Source: Nitrospira sp. (GTDB lineage Bacteria; Nitrospirota; Nitrospiria; Nitrospirales; Nitrospiraceae). From it: DNA of 64,000 nt. The translations under genes were made by a program, and so were the position numbers. The stretch lies in contig AP038806.1 in NCBI GenBank assembly GCA_047150005.1, positions 2,816,001 to 2,880,000 on the forward strand. The letters are read 5' to 3'. This document shows positions 9,362 to 18,249 of this stretch, piece by piece. Numbering within the stretch: the first letter of the stretch is position 1; every line of letters starts with the position of its first letter. The notes below the pieces were generated by a model, which saw only the letters and a list, made by a program, of their open reading frames with translations, made no database searches and was not told the DNA's origin.

Positions 9362-11392
9362 ATGAATCGAAACATCACGCCGTACATTCTGAAGCGGACT
9401 GCGGACGAAGCCGTGCCGCGCAAGCTGTCGATCGACTACGCGGCGGCGTTGAATCCGCAGCAATTGGCCGCGGTGACGGCCGGCGACGGTCCGTCGCTCG
9501 TGATTGCAGGGGCGGGGAGCGGGAAAACCCGCACGCTGGTCTATCGCGTTGCATATCTCATCGATTCGGGTGTCGATCCCTCCAACATCTTGCTGCTCAC
9601 ATTTACAAGAAAATCGGCGCAAGAAATGCTCGAGCGAGCCGGCGAGCTGATCGGCTCGCGCAGCGGCCGCGTGTGCGGCGGCACGTTCCACTCGGTCGCG
9701 AACATGCTGTTGCGCCGCTACGGGCGAGCCATCGGGGTGGAACCGGGGTTCACGATCTTGGATCGCGGGGATGCGGAAGATCTCATCGCACTTGTGCGGT
9801 CTCAGTCGGGACTCAACGAGAAGGACAGGCGATTCCCCCGGAAGGGGACGATCGCCGAGATCTTCAGCAAAGCCGAGAACACGTTGCGAAGCCTGGACGA
9901 CATCGTCCTGGAGGAATTCAGCCATTTCGCCGACCATCTGGATGCGCTGGGGCAACTGCAGAAGGGCTATCAGGCCGCGAAGCGGCAACGGCAGCTGGCG
10001 GATTACGACGATCTGCTGGTCCTGCTCCGGCGATTGCTGACGGAAGACCTGCATGCCCGGGAGGCGATTTCCCAGCTGTATCGGTACATCCTGGTCGATG
10101 AGTATCAGGACACCAATCGTCTGCAGGCCGACGTGATCCGCAAGCTCGCTTCGACGCATCAGAACGTGATGGTGGTGGGGGACGACAGCCAGTCGATCTA
10201 TGCATTTCGCGGCGCGACGTTCAGGAATATCATGGAGTTCCCGACGCTCTTTCCCGGCGCGACGATCTACAAGTTGGAAGAAAACTATCGCAGTACGCAG
10301 CCGATCTTGAATCTCGCCAATTGCATCATCGAAGAGGCGGCGGAGAAGTACAGCAAGCACCTGTTCACGCGCAAACTGGACGGGCCGCTGCCGACGTTAG
10401 CAGAGGCGGCGGGTGAGAATGCCCAATCCCGCTTCATCGCACAAAAGATCCTCGAACTCCGCGAGGAAGGCGTGCCGCTGGGCGAAGTGGCCGTGCTGTT
10501 CCGCTCGAGCTTCCATTCGTTCGATCTGGAGATCGAGCTCTCCCGTCGCGGTCTGCCGTTCGTCAAGCGCGGCGGCGTCAAATTCATCGAAACGGCGCAT
10601 GTGAAGGATCTGCTGGCGCACCTGCGCGTGGTCGCCAATCCGCTCGACGCAGTCAGTTGGCACAGGGTGCTGATGTTGGTCGAAGGCATCGGTCCGAAGA
10701 AGGCGCAGGATCTGCTGGCGTCGTTGGTCAAATCGGATACACCGTATCGGGTCTTGCGGGACCAGGGCGGACGATCGGGCCAAGGGTTGAAAAATCTGGC
10801 CCACACGCTCGAGAGTCTGGCCGCCTCGACCGTTCTGGGGACGGCAGAGCAGGTGAATCACGTCTATGAATATTACCTCCCGATTCTCAAGGAGCAGTAC
10901 GACGACTATCCCAAGCGAACCAGGGATTTGGATCACCTGCATACCATTGCGGAGGGGTATCCCGATGTCGGGCAGTTTCTCGCCGATCTTGCACTGGAGC
11001 CTCCGGACGGGAGCGCGGTGGACGTGGAAGCGCCAGACCGCGACGATGAACGGATGGTCCTGTCCACGATCCATTCGGCCAAGGGATTGGAGTGGCAATG
11101 CGTATTCGTGATCTGGATCGTCGACGGAAAATTTCCGTCTCTCTATTCGTTCGTCACGGATGAGGACTTGGAAGAAGAACGCCGCCTGTTCTATGTCGCG
11201 GTCACCCGCGCGAAGCGTCATCTCTATCTCACCTATCCGATCAATGTGTTCGATAAGAGCAGCGGGATGCTGCTTTCAAAACCCACTCGGTTTCTCGATC
11301 ATGTCTCTCCGGCCCTGTTCGAGCAGTTGGCCCTCATTGAAGAAGAGGGGGAACAGGCCGACTGGCGCCGCTATCGGGACGATTCGTACTGA
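9362..11392 (+). CDS. UvrD/PcrA/Rep family ATP-dependent DNA helicase
   Basis: AGAGSGKT, DEYQD, VGDDSQSIY, NYRST, TIHSAKGLE, EERRLFYVAVTRAK. Confidence 0.95.
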   Translation: MNRNITPYILKRTADEAVPRKLSIDYAAALNPQQLAAVTAGDGPSLVIAGAGSGKTRTLVYRVAYLIDSGVDPSNILLLTFTRKSAQEMLERAGELIGSRSGRVCGGTFHSVANMLLRRYGRAIGVEPGFTILDRGDAEDLIALVRSQSGLNEKDRRFPRKGTIAEIFSKAENTLRSLDDIVLEEFSHFADHLDALGQLQKGYQAAKRQRQLADYDDLLVLLRRLLTEDLHAREAISQLYRYILVDEYQDTNRLQADVIRKLASTHQNVMVVGDDSQSIYAFRGATFRNIMEFPTLFPGATIYKLEENYRSTQPILNLANCIIEEAAEKYSKHLFTRKLDGPLPTLAEAAGENAQSRFIAQKILELREEGVPLGEVAVLFRSSFHSFDLEIELSRRGLPFVKRGGVKFIETAHVKDLLAHLRVVANPLDAVSWHRVLMLVEGIGPKKAQDLLASLVKSDTPYRVLRDQGGRSGQGLKNLAHTLESLAASTVLGTAEQVNHVYEYYLPILKEQYDDYPKRTRDLDHLHTIAEGYPDVGQFLADLALEPPDGSAVDVEAPDRDDERMVLSTIHSAKGLEWQCVFVIWIVDGKFPSLYSFVTDEDLEEERRLFYVAVTRAKRHLYLTYPINVFDKSSGMLLSKPTRFLDHVSPALFEQLALIEEEGEQADWRRYRDDSY

Positions 11393-11395
11393 TCC

Positions 11396-12277
11396 GTGCC
11401 GCAATCGCTTGTCCACATGATGCGACCGTTCCGTGACCGGAGCCCCGTTCTATGCTTGCTGTGCTGCTGGTGCCTTGCCTTGATTTCACCGGTCGGAGCG
11501 GAAAAGACGTCCAACCACATGTGGAGGCAGATTGTGGCCGAGGCGGAACGGCTTGGATTGCCCGTGAAGTTTCTCAAGGCCGTGCCACCCGACTTCGTCA
11601 CGTTCGAATTCGACGATCTCCAGGCGTTTGCTGCGGAGTATCATCTCGGCGAGCATCGAATGGTCTTGAATCGTACGCTTTCGTTTAACGTCGCCGGAGG
11701 CACCCTTCGGCCGCTGAGTCGCCTGACCAACGGTGAAATGGAAACGCTGTACCATGAGCTCTTTCACGCGTACATGGACTACCTGGCGACTGACGGTCGG
11801 GGGGACACTCTGGCATTCGCGCGCAGGCAGCAACAATGCCGGTACGGTGCGGTCTTGATCAATCCGGTCGTGCAACGCAGGACCGAGACGGAGGAACGGT
11901 TTCTGAGCGAAGTCGAATCGTGGGAAGCGTTGAACGAGGCGTGGGCGGTTTTCATCGGGTGGGCAGTGTGGAGTCAGTTGGAATCAGCCGGCCGGACTGC
12001 CCTGTCGCTTCAGAAGTCGGGAAAACCACGGGCGGCTTGGCTTCGCCGCCTGGAGGACGCAGACCGCGAGGGAAAACTTCGCGGCTACTATGAACCGGAG
12101 AATCCCGAGGAGCGGGCCATGGCGCGGAAGCGGTTTCTGGCTCCGGCTTCCCGGATCTCACCGGAGGAAGTCCGCCATCTTATGAAGGAGGCGCTGGGAT
12201 TTCCCGACGATCTGATCAAGCAGGCAGACCAGGTACTCCGTTCCGGCAGGCCCCCTCGGCATTCTCACTTGTGTTAG
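11396..12277 (+). CDS. Exported hypothetical protein with HExxH motif (putative zinc metallopeptidase)
   Basis: Signal-peptide-like N-terminus; LYHELFHAY and downstream EALNEAWA; start may instead be ATG 11417. Confidence 0.7.
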   Translation: MPQSLVHMMRPFRDRSPVLCLLCCWCLALISPVGAEKTSNHMWRQIVAEAERLGLPVKFLKAVPPDFVTFEFDDLQAFAAEYHLGEHRMVLNRTLSFNVAGGTLRPLSRLTNGEMETLYHELFHAYMDYLATDGRGDTLAFARRQQQCRYGAVLINPVVQRRTETEERFLSEVESWEALNEAWAVFIGWAVWSQLESAGRTALSLQKSGKPRAAWLRRLEDADREGKLRGYYEPENPEERAMARKRFLAPASRISPEEVRHLMKEALGFPDDLIKQADQVLRSGRPPRHSHLC

Positions 12278-12480
12278 CCGTGTCTGGTCAGGGAATTTCA
12301 TAAAAATTGCCCGCTTATGGTGTGGTGATTCCGGACAAGCCATTAGCGGGTCGATGGGCCTCCGGATGAAACGACTCTCCTCTTGGACATGAATCACGGA
12401 GTTTGAGCGGTTCAGGGTAACGTCTCAGACCGCAGAGCGGCCGCCGAAAAGAAAAAGTTGTGCCGCCGGCCTTCTCCCCC

Positions 12481-12509
12481 TTGACTTCAAAAGACTTCAT
12501 CAATAGAAT
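12481..12509 (+). promoter_or_regulatory. sigma70 promoter of the tRNA-tuf operon
   Basis: TTGACT, 17 nt, TAGAAT; A-rich tract upstream. Confidence 0.7.
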
Positions 12510-12674
12510 CGAGCGTTTCTTGAACAAGGCTCTGTCCCCAGTTCAGTACTTTATCCTTCTTCAAAAGGGAATTAGGTGCTGTACATGGACGAGCCTGCTC
12601 TGCTTTTCTCGTCCGCGACGATGAAAGATGAAAGAGGACGAGGTTTTCTATTGAGCATCTGTCGTTACCTGTTC

Positions 12675-12759
12675 GGGCAGGTACCCAAGTGGCCAAAGGG
12701 GGCAGACTGTAAATCTGTTGCCATCGGCTTCCAAGGTTCGAATCCTTGCCTGCCCACCA
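12675..12759 (+). tRNA. tRNA-Tyr (GTA)
   Basis: GGGCAGG/CCTGCCC acceptor stem, anticodon arm GCAGA-CTGTAAA-TCTGT, long variable arm, TTCGAAT, ACCA end. Confidence 0.97.
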
Positions 12760-12769
12760 AAGCGGGCAG

Positions 12770-12841
12770 GTGCTGAGAGAGAAGTGCTGAGTCCTGAGGA
12801 GATGCAGGAATGAAGGGTACTCAGGACTAAAGGCTCAGCAC
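12770..12841. repeat. Inverted heptamer-array element A (GTGCTGA type)
   Basis: GTGCTGA GAGAGAA GTGCTGA GTCCTGA ... TCAGGAC TAAAGGC TCAGCAC. Confidence 0.8.
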
Positions 12842-12851
12842 TGAAAATAGG

Positions 12852-12926
12852 GCGGGCGTAGCTCAGCGGTAGAGTCCCAGCCTTCCAAGCTGGCTGTCGT
12901 GGGTTCAACTCCCACCGCCCGCTCCA
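12852..12926 (+). tRNA. tRNA-Gly (TCC)
   Basis: GCGGGCG/CGCCCGC acceptor, CCAGC-CTTCCAA-GCTGG anticodon arm, TCCA end. Confidence 0.97.
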
Positions 12927-13029
12927 AATGGGACGGGAGACGTTTTTGACCGAATGTGAAGCGGGGCGAGCGGAATCGTCCTGAAGGATTGTCCGATTGA
13001 TACACATCAGTTCACGAGTGACGAGGAAC

Positions 13030-13105
13030 GCCCACGTAGCTCAGTTGGTAGAGCACGTCCTTGGTAAGGACGAGGTCACGCGTTCGATCCGCGTCGTGGG
13101 CTCCA
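13030..13105 (+). tRNA. tRNA-Thr (GGT)
   Basis: GCCCACG/CGTGGGC acceptor, CGTCC-TTGGTAA-GGACG anticodon arm, TCCA end. Confidence 0.97.
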
Positions 13106-13106
13106 C

Positions 13107-13165
13107 ACAGAGCTTGCTCGACCCGGAGCGCTTCTCGTAATGCGCGACGGGATGGACGTCTCAAG
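13107..13165 (+). repeat. tRNA-linked structured repeat, copy 1
   Basis: ACAGAGCTTGCTCGACCCGGAGCGCT...GCGCGACGGGAT...CTCAAG shared with 14830-14887. Confidence 0.85.
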
Positions 13166-13266
13166 GGTCTGGAATATTCAGGATCTCGATCAGGCCGGTT
13201 GCCTATTGAATGATTCCTGGTGACCGGATGAATTCTTGAGTGCTTTTCCGAGAAAAGGAGTGATGT

Positions 13267-14472
<1,206 letters not shown>

Positions 14473-14513
14473 GGTAAGGGACTGTGGTCCTCTGACCGCA
14501 TGGGAGTAAAGCG

Positions 14514-14663
14514 ATGCGAGAGATTATCGATTTGGCTTGTACCGCCTGCAAACAGCGGAACTATTCGACCAACAAGAACAAAAAGAACGATCCGGACCGG
14601 TTGGAGCGAAATAAGTTCTGCAAGTTCTGCCGGAAACATACGCCCCACAAGGAAGTGAAATAA
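14514..14663 (+). CDS. rpmG: 50S ribosomal protein L33 (Zn-binding type)
   Basis: Hand translation [55 protein letters not shown]. Confidence 0.96.
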   Translation: MREIIDLACTACKQRNYSTNKNKKNDPDRLERNKFCKFCRKHTPHKEVK

Positions 14664-14743
14664 GCGCTGAGTGCTGGGTGGTGAGTGTTGAGTTGTGGCG
14701 TTCAAGGTCGGAAACTCAGGACTCACCACCCAGCACTCAGTAC
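14664..14743. repeat. Inverted heptamer-array element B (GTGCTGA type)
   Basis: GCGCTGA GTGCTGG GTGGTGA GTGTTGA ... TCAGGAC TCACCAC CCAGCAC TCAGTAC. Confidence 0.85.
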
Positions 14744-14753
14744 CGCCGAGCGA

Positions 14754-14828
14754 AGGGGCATAGTGTTAATGGCAGCACGTCGGTCTCCAAAACCGAAAGT
14801 CTGGGTTCAAATCCTAGTGCCCCTGCCA
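14754..14828 (+). tRNA. tRNA-Trp (CCA)
   Basis: AGGGGCA/TGCCCCT acceptor, TCGGT-CTCCAAA-ACCGA anticodon arm, GCCA end; usual rpmG-trnW-secE position. Confidence 0.96.
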
Positions 14829-14829
14829 T

Positions 14830-14887
14830 ACAGAGCTTGCTCGACCCGGAGCGCTCATGATGGGCGCGACGGGATAAGCACCTCAAG
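14830..14887 (+). repeat. tRNA-linked structured repeat, copy 2
   Basis: 26-nt identity plus 12-nt and 6-nt blocks shared with 13107-13165. Confidence 0.85.
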
Positions 14888-14977
14888 TGAGGTTGTTGTT
14901 TCGAAGAAGTGTTTGCACGAGCGCGAAACTTTCGATGGCTCTTGCTAGCGGAGAGAGGCTCAGGGAACAGGAGTGCG

Positions 14978-15172
14978 ATGTTTAAACGGATGATCGATTC
15001 GGTCAAGACATTCTTGACCGATGTGCGCACTGAACTCAAAAAGGTGTCTTTTCCCACCCGTGCGGAAACGATCGGGTCGACTACCGTGGTGATCGTCTTT
15101 TGTGTGTTGATGTCTCTGTATCTCTCGGTCATCGATTCGTTCCTGGTGTGGTTAGTCGGAAAAATTCTCTAG
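14978..15172 (+). CDS. secE: Preprotein translocase subunit SecE
   Basis: FLTDVRTELKKVSFPTRAE followed by one TM helix; SD AGGAG before ATG 14978. Confidence 0.95.
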   Translation: MFKRMIDSVKTFLTDVRTELKKVSFPTRAETIGSTTVVIVFCVLMSLYLSVIDSFLVWLVGKIL

Positions 15173-15315
15173 TGGGGGATTTGGAGATTCATAGTGGTCT
15201 CCTTTCGGGGGAGACCTCGGATAGCCGTCGCTCCGCGAGGCGGTGGACGGGAAGTGTCGGAACGATCATGACATCTGCGCCATTGTGGCTTGAACCAGCG
15301 ATTCGAGGATAGGGC

Positions 15316-15852
15316 ATGGGAAAAAACTGGTACGTCATCCACACCTATGCAGGCTTTGAGCAGCGGGTTAAGACCAGCTTGCATGAGCGAGCCAACCAAA
15401 TGAGCCTCGTCGAGCAACTGGGGCAGGTGTTGGTGCCCACCGAGGATGTGATTGAAATCAAGGATGGGAAGCGCCGGACCTCTCGACGAAAATTTTTTCC
15501 CGGCTACGTGCTCGTCGAGCTCGAAACCCCGTTGACGGATGAGACGCTTCAGATGATCAAGGAGACGCCGAAGGTCACCGGTTTCGTCGGGGGCGGCGCG
15601 CAGCCGACGCCGTTGACCGGCGAAGAAGTGGCGGAATTGCTCAAGCAGGTGGATGCGGGAAGTGCCGGGCCGCGCGAACAGGTGAAGTTCATCAAGAGCG
15701 ACAACGTTCGGATCGTCGACGGTCCCTTCATGGGATTCAACGGCATGGTCGACGAGGTTGATCAGGACCATAACCGGCTCAAGGTGATGGTGAGTATTTT
15801 CGGGCGATCGACGCCGGTGGAGCTGGGGTTCTTGCAGGTAGAACGAATCTGA
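15316..15852 (+). CDS. nusG: Transcription termination/antitermination factor NusG
   Basis: WYVIHTYAGFE, FPGYVLV, KOW VRIVDGPF, IFGRSTPVEL. Confidence 0.98.
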   Translation: MGKNWYVIHTYAGFEQRVKTSLHERANQMSLVEQLGQVLVPTEDVIEIKDGKRRTSRRKFFPGYVLVELETPLTDETLQMIKETPKVTGFVGGGAQPTPLTGEEVAELLKQVDAGSAGPREQVKFIKSDNVRIVDGPFMGFNGMVDEVDQDHNRLKVMVSIFGRSTPVELGFLQVERI

Positions 15853-15943
15853 AATGTGCAATGTGGAATGTTCCATGTTGAATGCCGGGCGGGATCAAGC
15901 TTGTACCGGCCAGTTCAACACGTAACATTCACCATTCGACATT
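15853..15943. repeat. Inverted heptamer-array element E (AATGTNN type)
   Basis: AATGTGC AATGTGG AATGTTC CATGTTG ... CAACACG TAACATT CACCATT CGACATT; inner GCCGG/CCGGC stem. Confidence 0.8.
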
Positions 15944-15958
15944 CGAAGGGGAAGGACA

Positions 15959-16384
15959 ATGGCGAAGGAAGTTTCCGCGCAAATCAAGTTGCAGATCCCG
16001 GCTGGTAAAGCCAACCCGGCGCCTCCGGTCGGGCCGTCGCTCGGTCAGCACGGCGTCAACATCATGGAATTCTGCAAGCAATTCAATGCAAAGACGCAGA
16101 AGGAAGGTGACAGCATCATTCCGGTGGTGATCACCGTGTACAAGGACCGAACCTTCACCTTCGTCATGAAGACGCCGCCGGCTTCGGATCTGCTGAAGAA
16201 GGCCGCCGGCATCATCAAAGGGTCGGGCGTGCCGCAGAAGGACAAGGTGGGAAAGATCACCAGGAAGCAGCTGAACGAGATCGCCCAGAAGAAGCTGGCG
16301 GATTTGAACGCCGCCGACTTGGAGGGAGCCGTCAAGATCATCGAAGGCACGGCCCGCAGTATGGGCGTGGTCATCCAAGGCTAA
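15959..16384 (+). CDS. rplK: 50S ribosomal protein L11
   Basis: [28 protein letters not shown]. Confidence 0.99.
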   Translation: MAKEVSAQIKLQIPAGKANPAPPVGPSLGQHGVNIMEFCKQFNAKTQKEGDSIIPVVITVYKDRTFTFVMKTPPASDLLKKAAGIIKGSGVPQKDKVGKITRKQLNEIAQKKLADLNAADLEGAVKIIEGTARSMGVVIQG

Positions 16385-16409
16385 CGACGAGACAGAAGGA
16401 GTGCCTGGT

Positions 16410-17102
16410 ATGAGAAAGAAAATGAAAGCCGCGCTCGACAAGGTTGAGCCCCGCCAGTATCCCCTGCGCGAGGCCGTAGGTGTGGTGAAGAGCGCCGCGT
16501 ATGCCAAGTTCGACGAATCGGTCGATCTGGCCATCCGTCTTGGCGTTGACCCGAAGCGTTCCGACCAGATGGTACGGGGTACCACGTCGCTGCCTCACGG
16601 CACCGGAAAGAAAATGCGTGTTCTGGTGTTTGCCAAGGGAGAGAAGGAGCAGGAGGCGCGCCAGGCCGGTGCGGACTACGTCGGGTCCGATGATCTGATG
16701 GAGAAGATCAAGGGCGGGTGGATGGAGTTCGATTCCGCCATTGCAACGCCGGACCTCATGGCCGCGGTAGGAAAACTGGGCAAAGTTCTCGGACCTCGCG
16801 GACTCATGCCCAATCCCAAGACCGGGACGGTGACCTTCGAAGTCGGCAAGGCAGTCGGAGAAATCCGAAAGGGACGGGTCGAGTACAAAGTTGAGAAGGC
16901 CGGTATCGTGCAGGTCCCCGTGGGCAAAGTCTCTTTTAACGCCGATCAGTTGTATGAGAATGCCTCAGCCGTGCTGGAGGCGGTGGTGAAGGCGCGACCG
17001 GCTTCGTGCAAAGGCCGCTACTTGAAGAGCGTGACCATCTCAAGCACGATGGGTCCGGGAGTCAAGCTCGATGCCGCGGCGATTGCCAAGGAGTGGAGCT
17101 GA
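16410..17102 (+). CDS. rplA: 50S ribosomal protein L1
   Basis: [33 protein letters not shown] 16410 preferred over GTG 16401 by SD spacing. Confidence 0.98.
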   Translation: MRKKMKAALDKVEPRQYPLREAVGVVKSAAYAKFDESVDLAIRLGVDPKRSDQMVRGTTSLPHGTGKKMRVLVFAKGEKEQEARQAGADYVGSDDLMEKIKGGWMEFDSAIATPDLMAAVGKLGKVLGPRGLMPNPKTGTVTFEVGKAVGEIRKGRVEYKVEKAGIVQVPVGKVSFNADQLYENASAVLEAVVKARPASCKGRYLKSVTISSTMGPGVKLDAAAIAKEWS

Positions 17103-17235
17103 GGCGGGGCAGCAAGGATCTGCGTGCCAGTTCGACCGCTCGGGGAGTTCTGTTCCGGCTCGGAGCTTGTTCCTAAGAGTTGCGAGGGTCATCGACGGTG
17201 GTCCGCAGTCGTCGCGAAGGAAGAGGGGGAGTGAG

Positions 17236-18171
17236 ATGAAGAAGGAAGAGAAGGCCACAGCAGTGGCGGAGTTGACGGAAAAGTTCGGCCGGGCGCGGTT
17301 GGCCATTCTGACCGAGTGCAGCGGGCTGCCGGTCAACCAGGTGACCGAGCTTCGGAAACAGCTGCGAGGCGCCAAGGCGGAATACAAGATCGTCAAGAAT
17401 ACGTTGGCGGCGCGGGCTTCCGAAGGGACTTCCCTGTCGGGGTTGAAGACCTATTTGAAGGGGCCGACGGGCATGGTGATCGGCTACGACGATCCGGTGC
17501 TCCCAACCAAGATCCTCCGGGACTTCATCGCGGCCGAGAAACGGGAAGAGAAAATCCGTATCACGCTCGGCGTGCTGGAAGGGAAAGTCGTTCAGGCCGC
17601 CGAATTGGCGGCCGTGGCAAAGCTTCCGAAAAAGGAAGTGTTGATTGCGATGCTGTTGTCGGCGATGCAGGGGCCGATTCGCGGCGTCGTCTATACGCTC
17701 AATGCAGTGCTGTCCAAGTTTGTGAGAGTCATTGCCGCCATTCAGGATAAACGGAAAGGAGAAGGAGACATGCCAGCTACAGAGGGAAAGTTGTCGCAGG
17801 AGGAATTGATCAAGGCCATCGAGAGCATGAGTGTGCTCGATCTGGCTGAATTGGTGAAGGGGCTCGAGAACCGCTTCGGCGTCACCGCCGCAGCTCCGGT
17901 CGCCGTGGCTGCGGCCCCCGCCGCGGGTGGTGCCGCTGCCGCTCCCGCGGAGGAGAAGACGGCGTTCGACGTCATTTTGGCCTCCGCGCCGGCGGACAAG
18001 AAGATTCAGGTCATCAAGGTCGTGCGCGAGCTCACCAGCCTGGGACTCAAGGAAGCCAAGGACCTCGTGGAAGGGGCTCCCAAGCCGGTCAAGAATGGCG
18101 TGGCCAAGGAAGAAGCCGACACGATGAAGAAGAAGCTGGAAGAGAGCGGCGCGAAGGTCGAGATCAAGTAG
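17236..18171 (+). CDS. rplJ: 50S ribosomal protein L10, in frame with L7/L12 (single 311-aa ORF; L10 part 17236-17769)
   Basis: L10 motifs [32 protein letters not shown]; no stop before the rplL ATG. Confidence 0.93.
   Translation: MKKEEKATAVAELTEKFGRARLAILTECSGLPVNQVTELRKQLRGAKAEYKIVKNTLAARASEGTSLSGLKTYLKGPTGMVIGYDDPVLPTKILRDFIAAEKREEKIRITLGVLEGKVVQAAELAAVAKLPKKEVLIAMLLSAMQGPIRGVVYTLNAVLSKFVRVIAAIQDKRKGEGDMPATEGKLSQEELIKAIESMSVLDLAELVKGLENRFGVTAAAPVAVAAAPAAGGAAAAPAEEKTAFDVILASAPADKKIQVIKVVRELTSLGLKEAKDLVEGAPKPVKNGVAKEEADTMKKKLEESGAKVEIK
17770..18171 (+). CDS. rplL: 50S ribosomal protein L7/L12 (internal in-frame start)
   Basis: [40 protein letters not shown]; purine-rich SD GGAAAGGAGAAGGAG before ATG 17770. 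Confidence 0.95.
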   Translation: MPATEGKLSQEELIKAIESMSVLDLAELVKGLENRFGVTAAAPVAVAAAPAAGGAAAAPAEEKTAFDVILASAPADKKIQVIKVVRELTSLGLKEAKDLVEGAPKPVKNGVAKEEADTMKKKLEESGAKVEIK

Positions 18172-18193
18172 CCTGTCGTTCGATCAGCATCTG

Positions 18194-18219
18194 TGGGTAC
18201 CCGCATGTGCGGGTACCCA
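18194..18219. other. Near-perfect inverted repeat between rplL and rpoB
   Basis: TGGGTACCCGCA-TG-TGCGGGTACCCA; no U tract. Confidence 0.6.
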
Positions 18220-18249
18220 AGCCCAACCATTGTAGTGGAGGACTGGCGA

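Noticed and set aside
12514..12527. boxA-like GTTTCTTGAACAA after the tRNA operon promoter
   Set aside because: Only a partial match; cannot be supported without comparative data
17103..17235. L10 leader RNA upstream of rplJ
   Set aside because: Position fits but I could not recognise the consensus; needs an Rfam scan
17071..17235. N-terminal ORF-finder extensions of rplJ (also rpoB, rpoC, secE, rpsS, rplE, secY, pilN)
   Set aside because: Overlap upstream genes or spacers; downstream starts have SD motifs and match family N-termini
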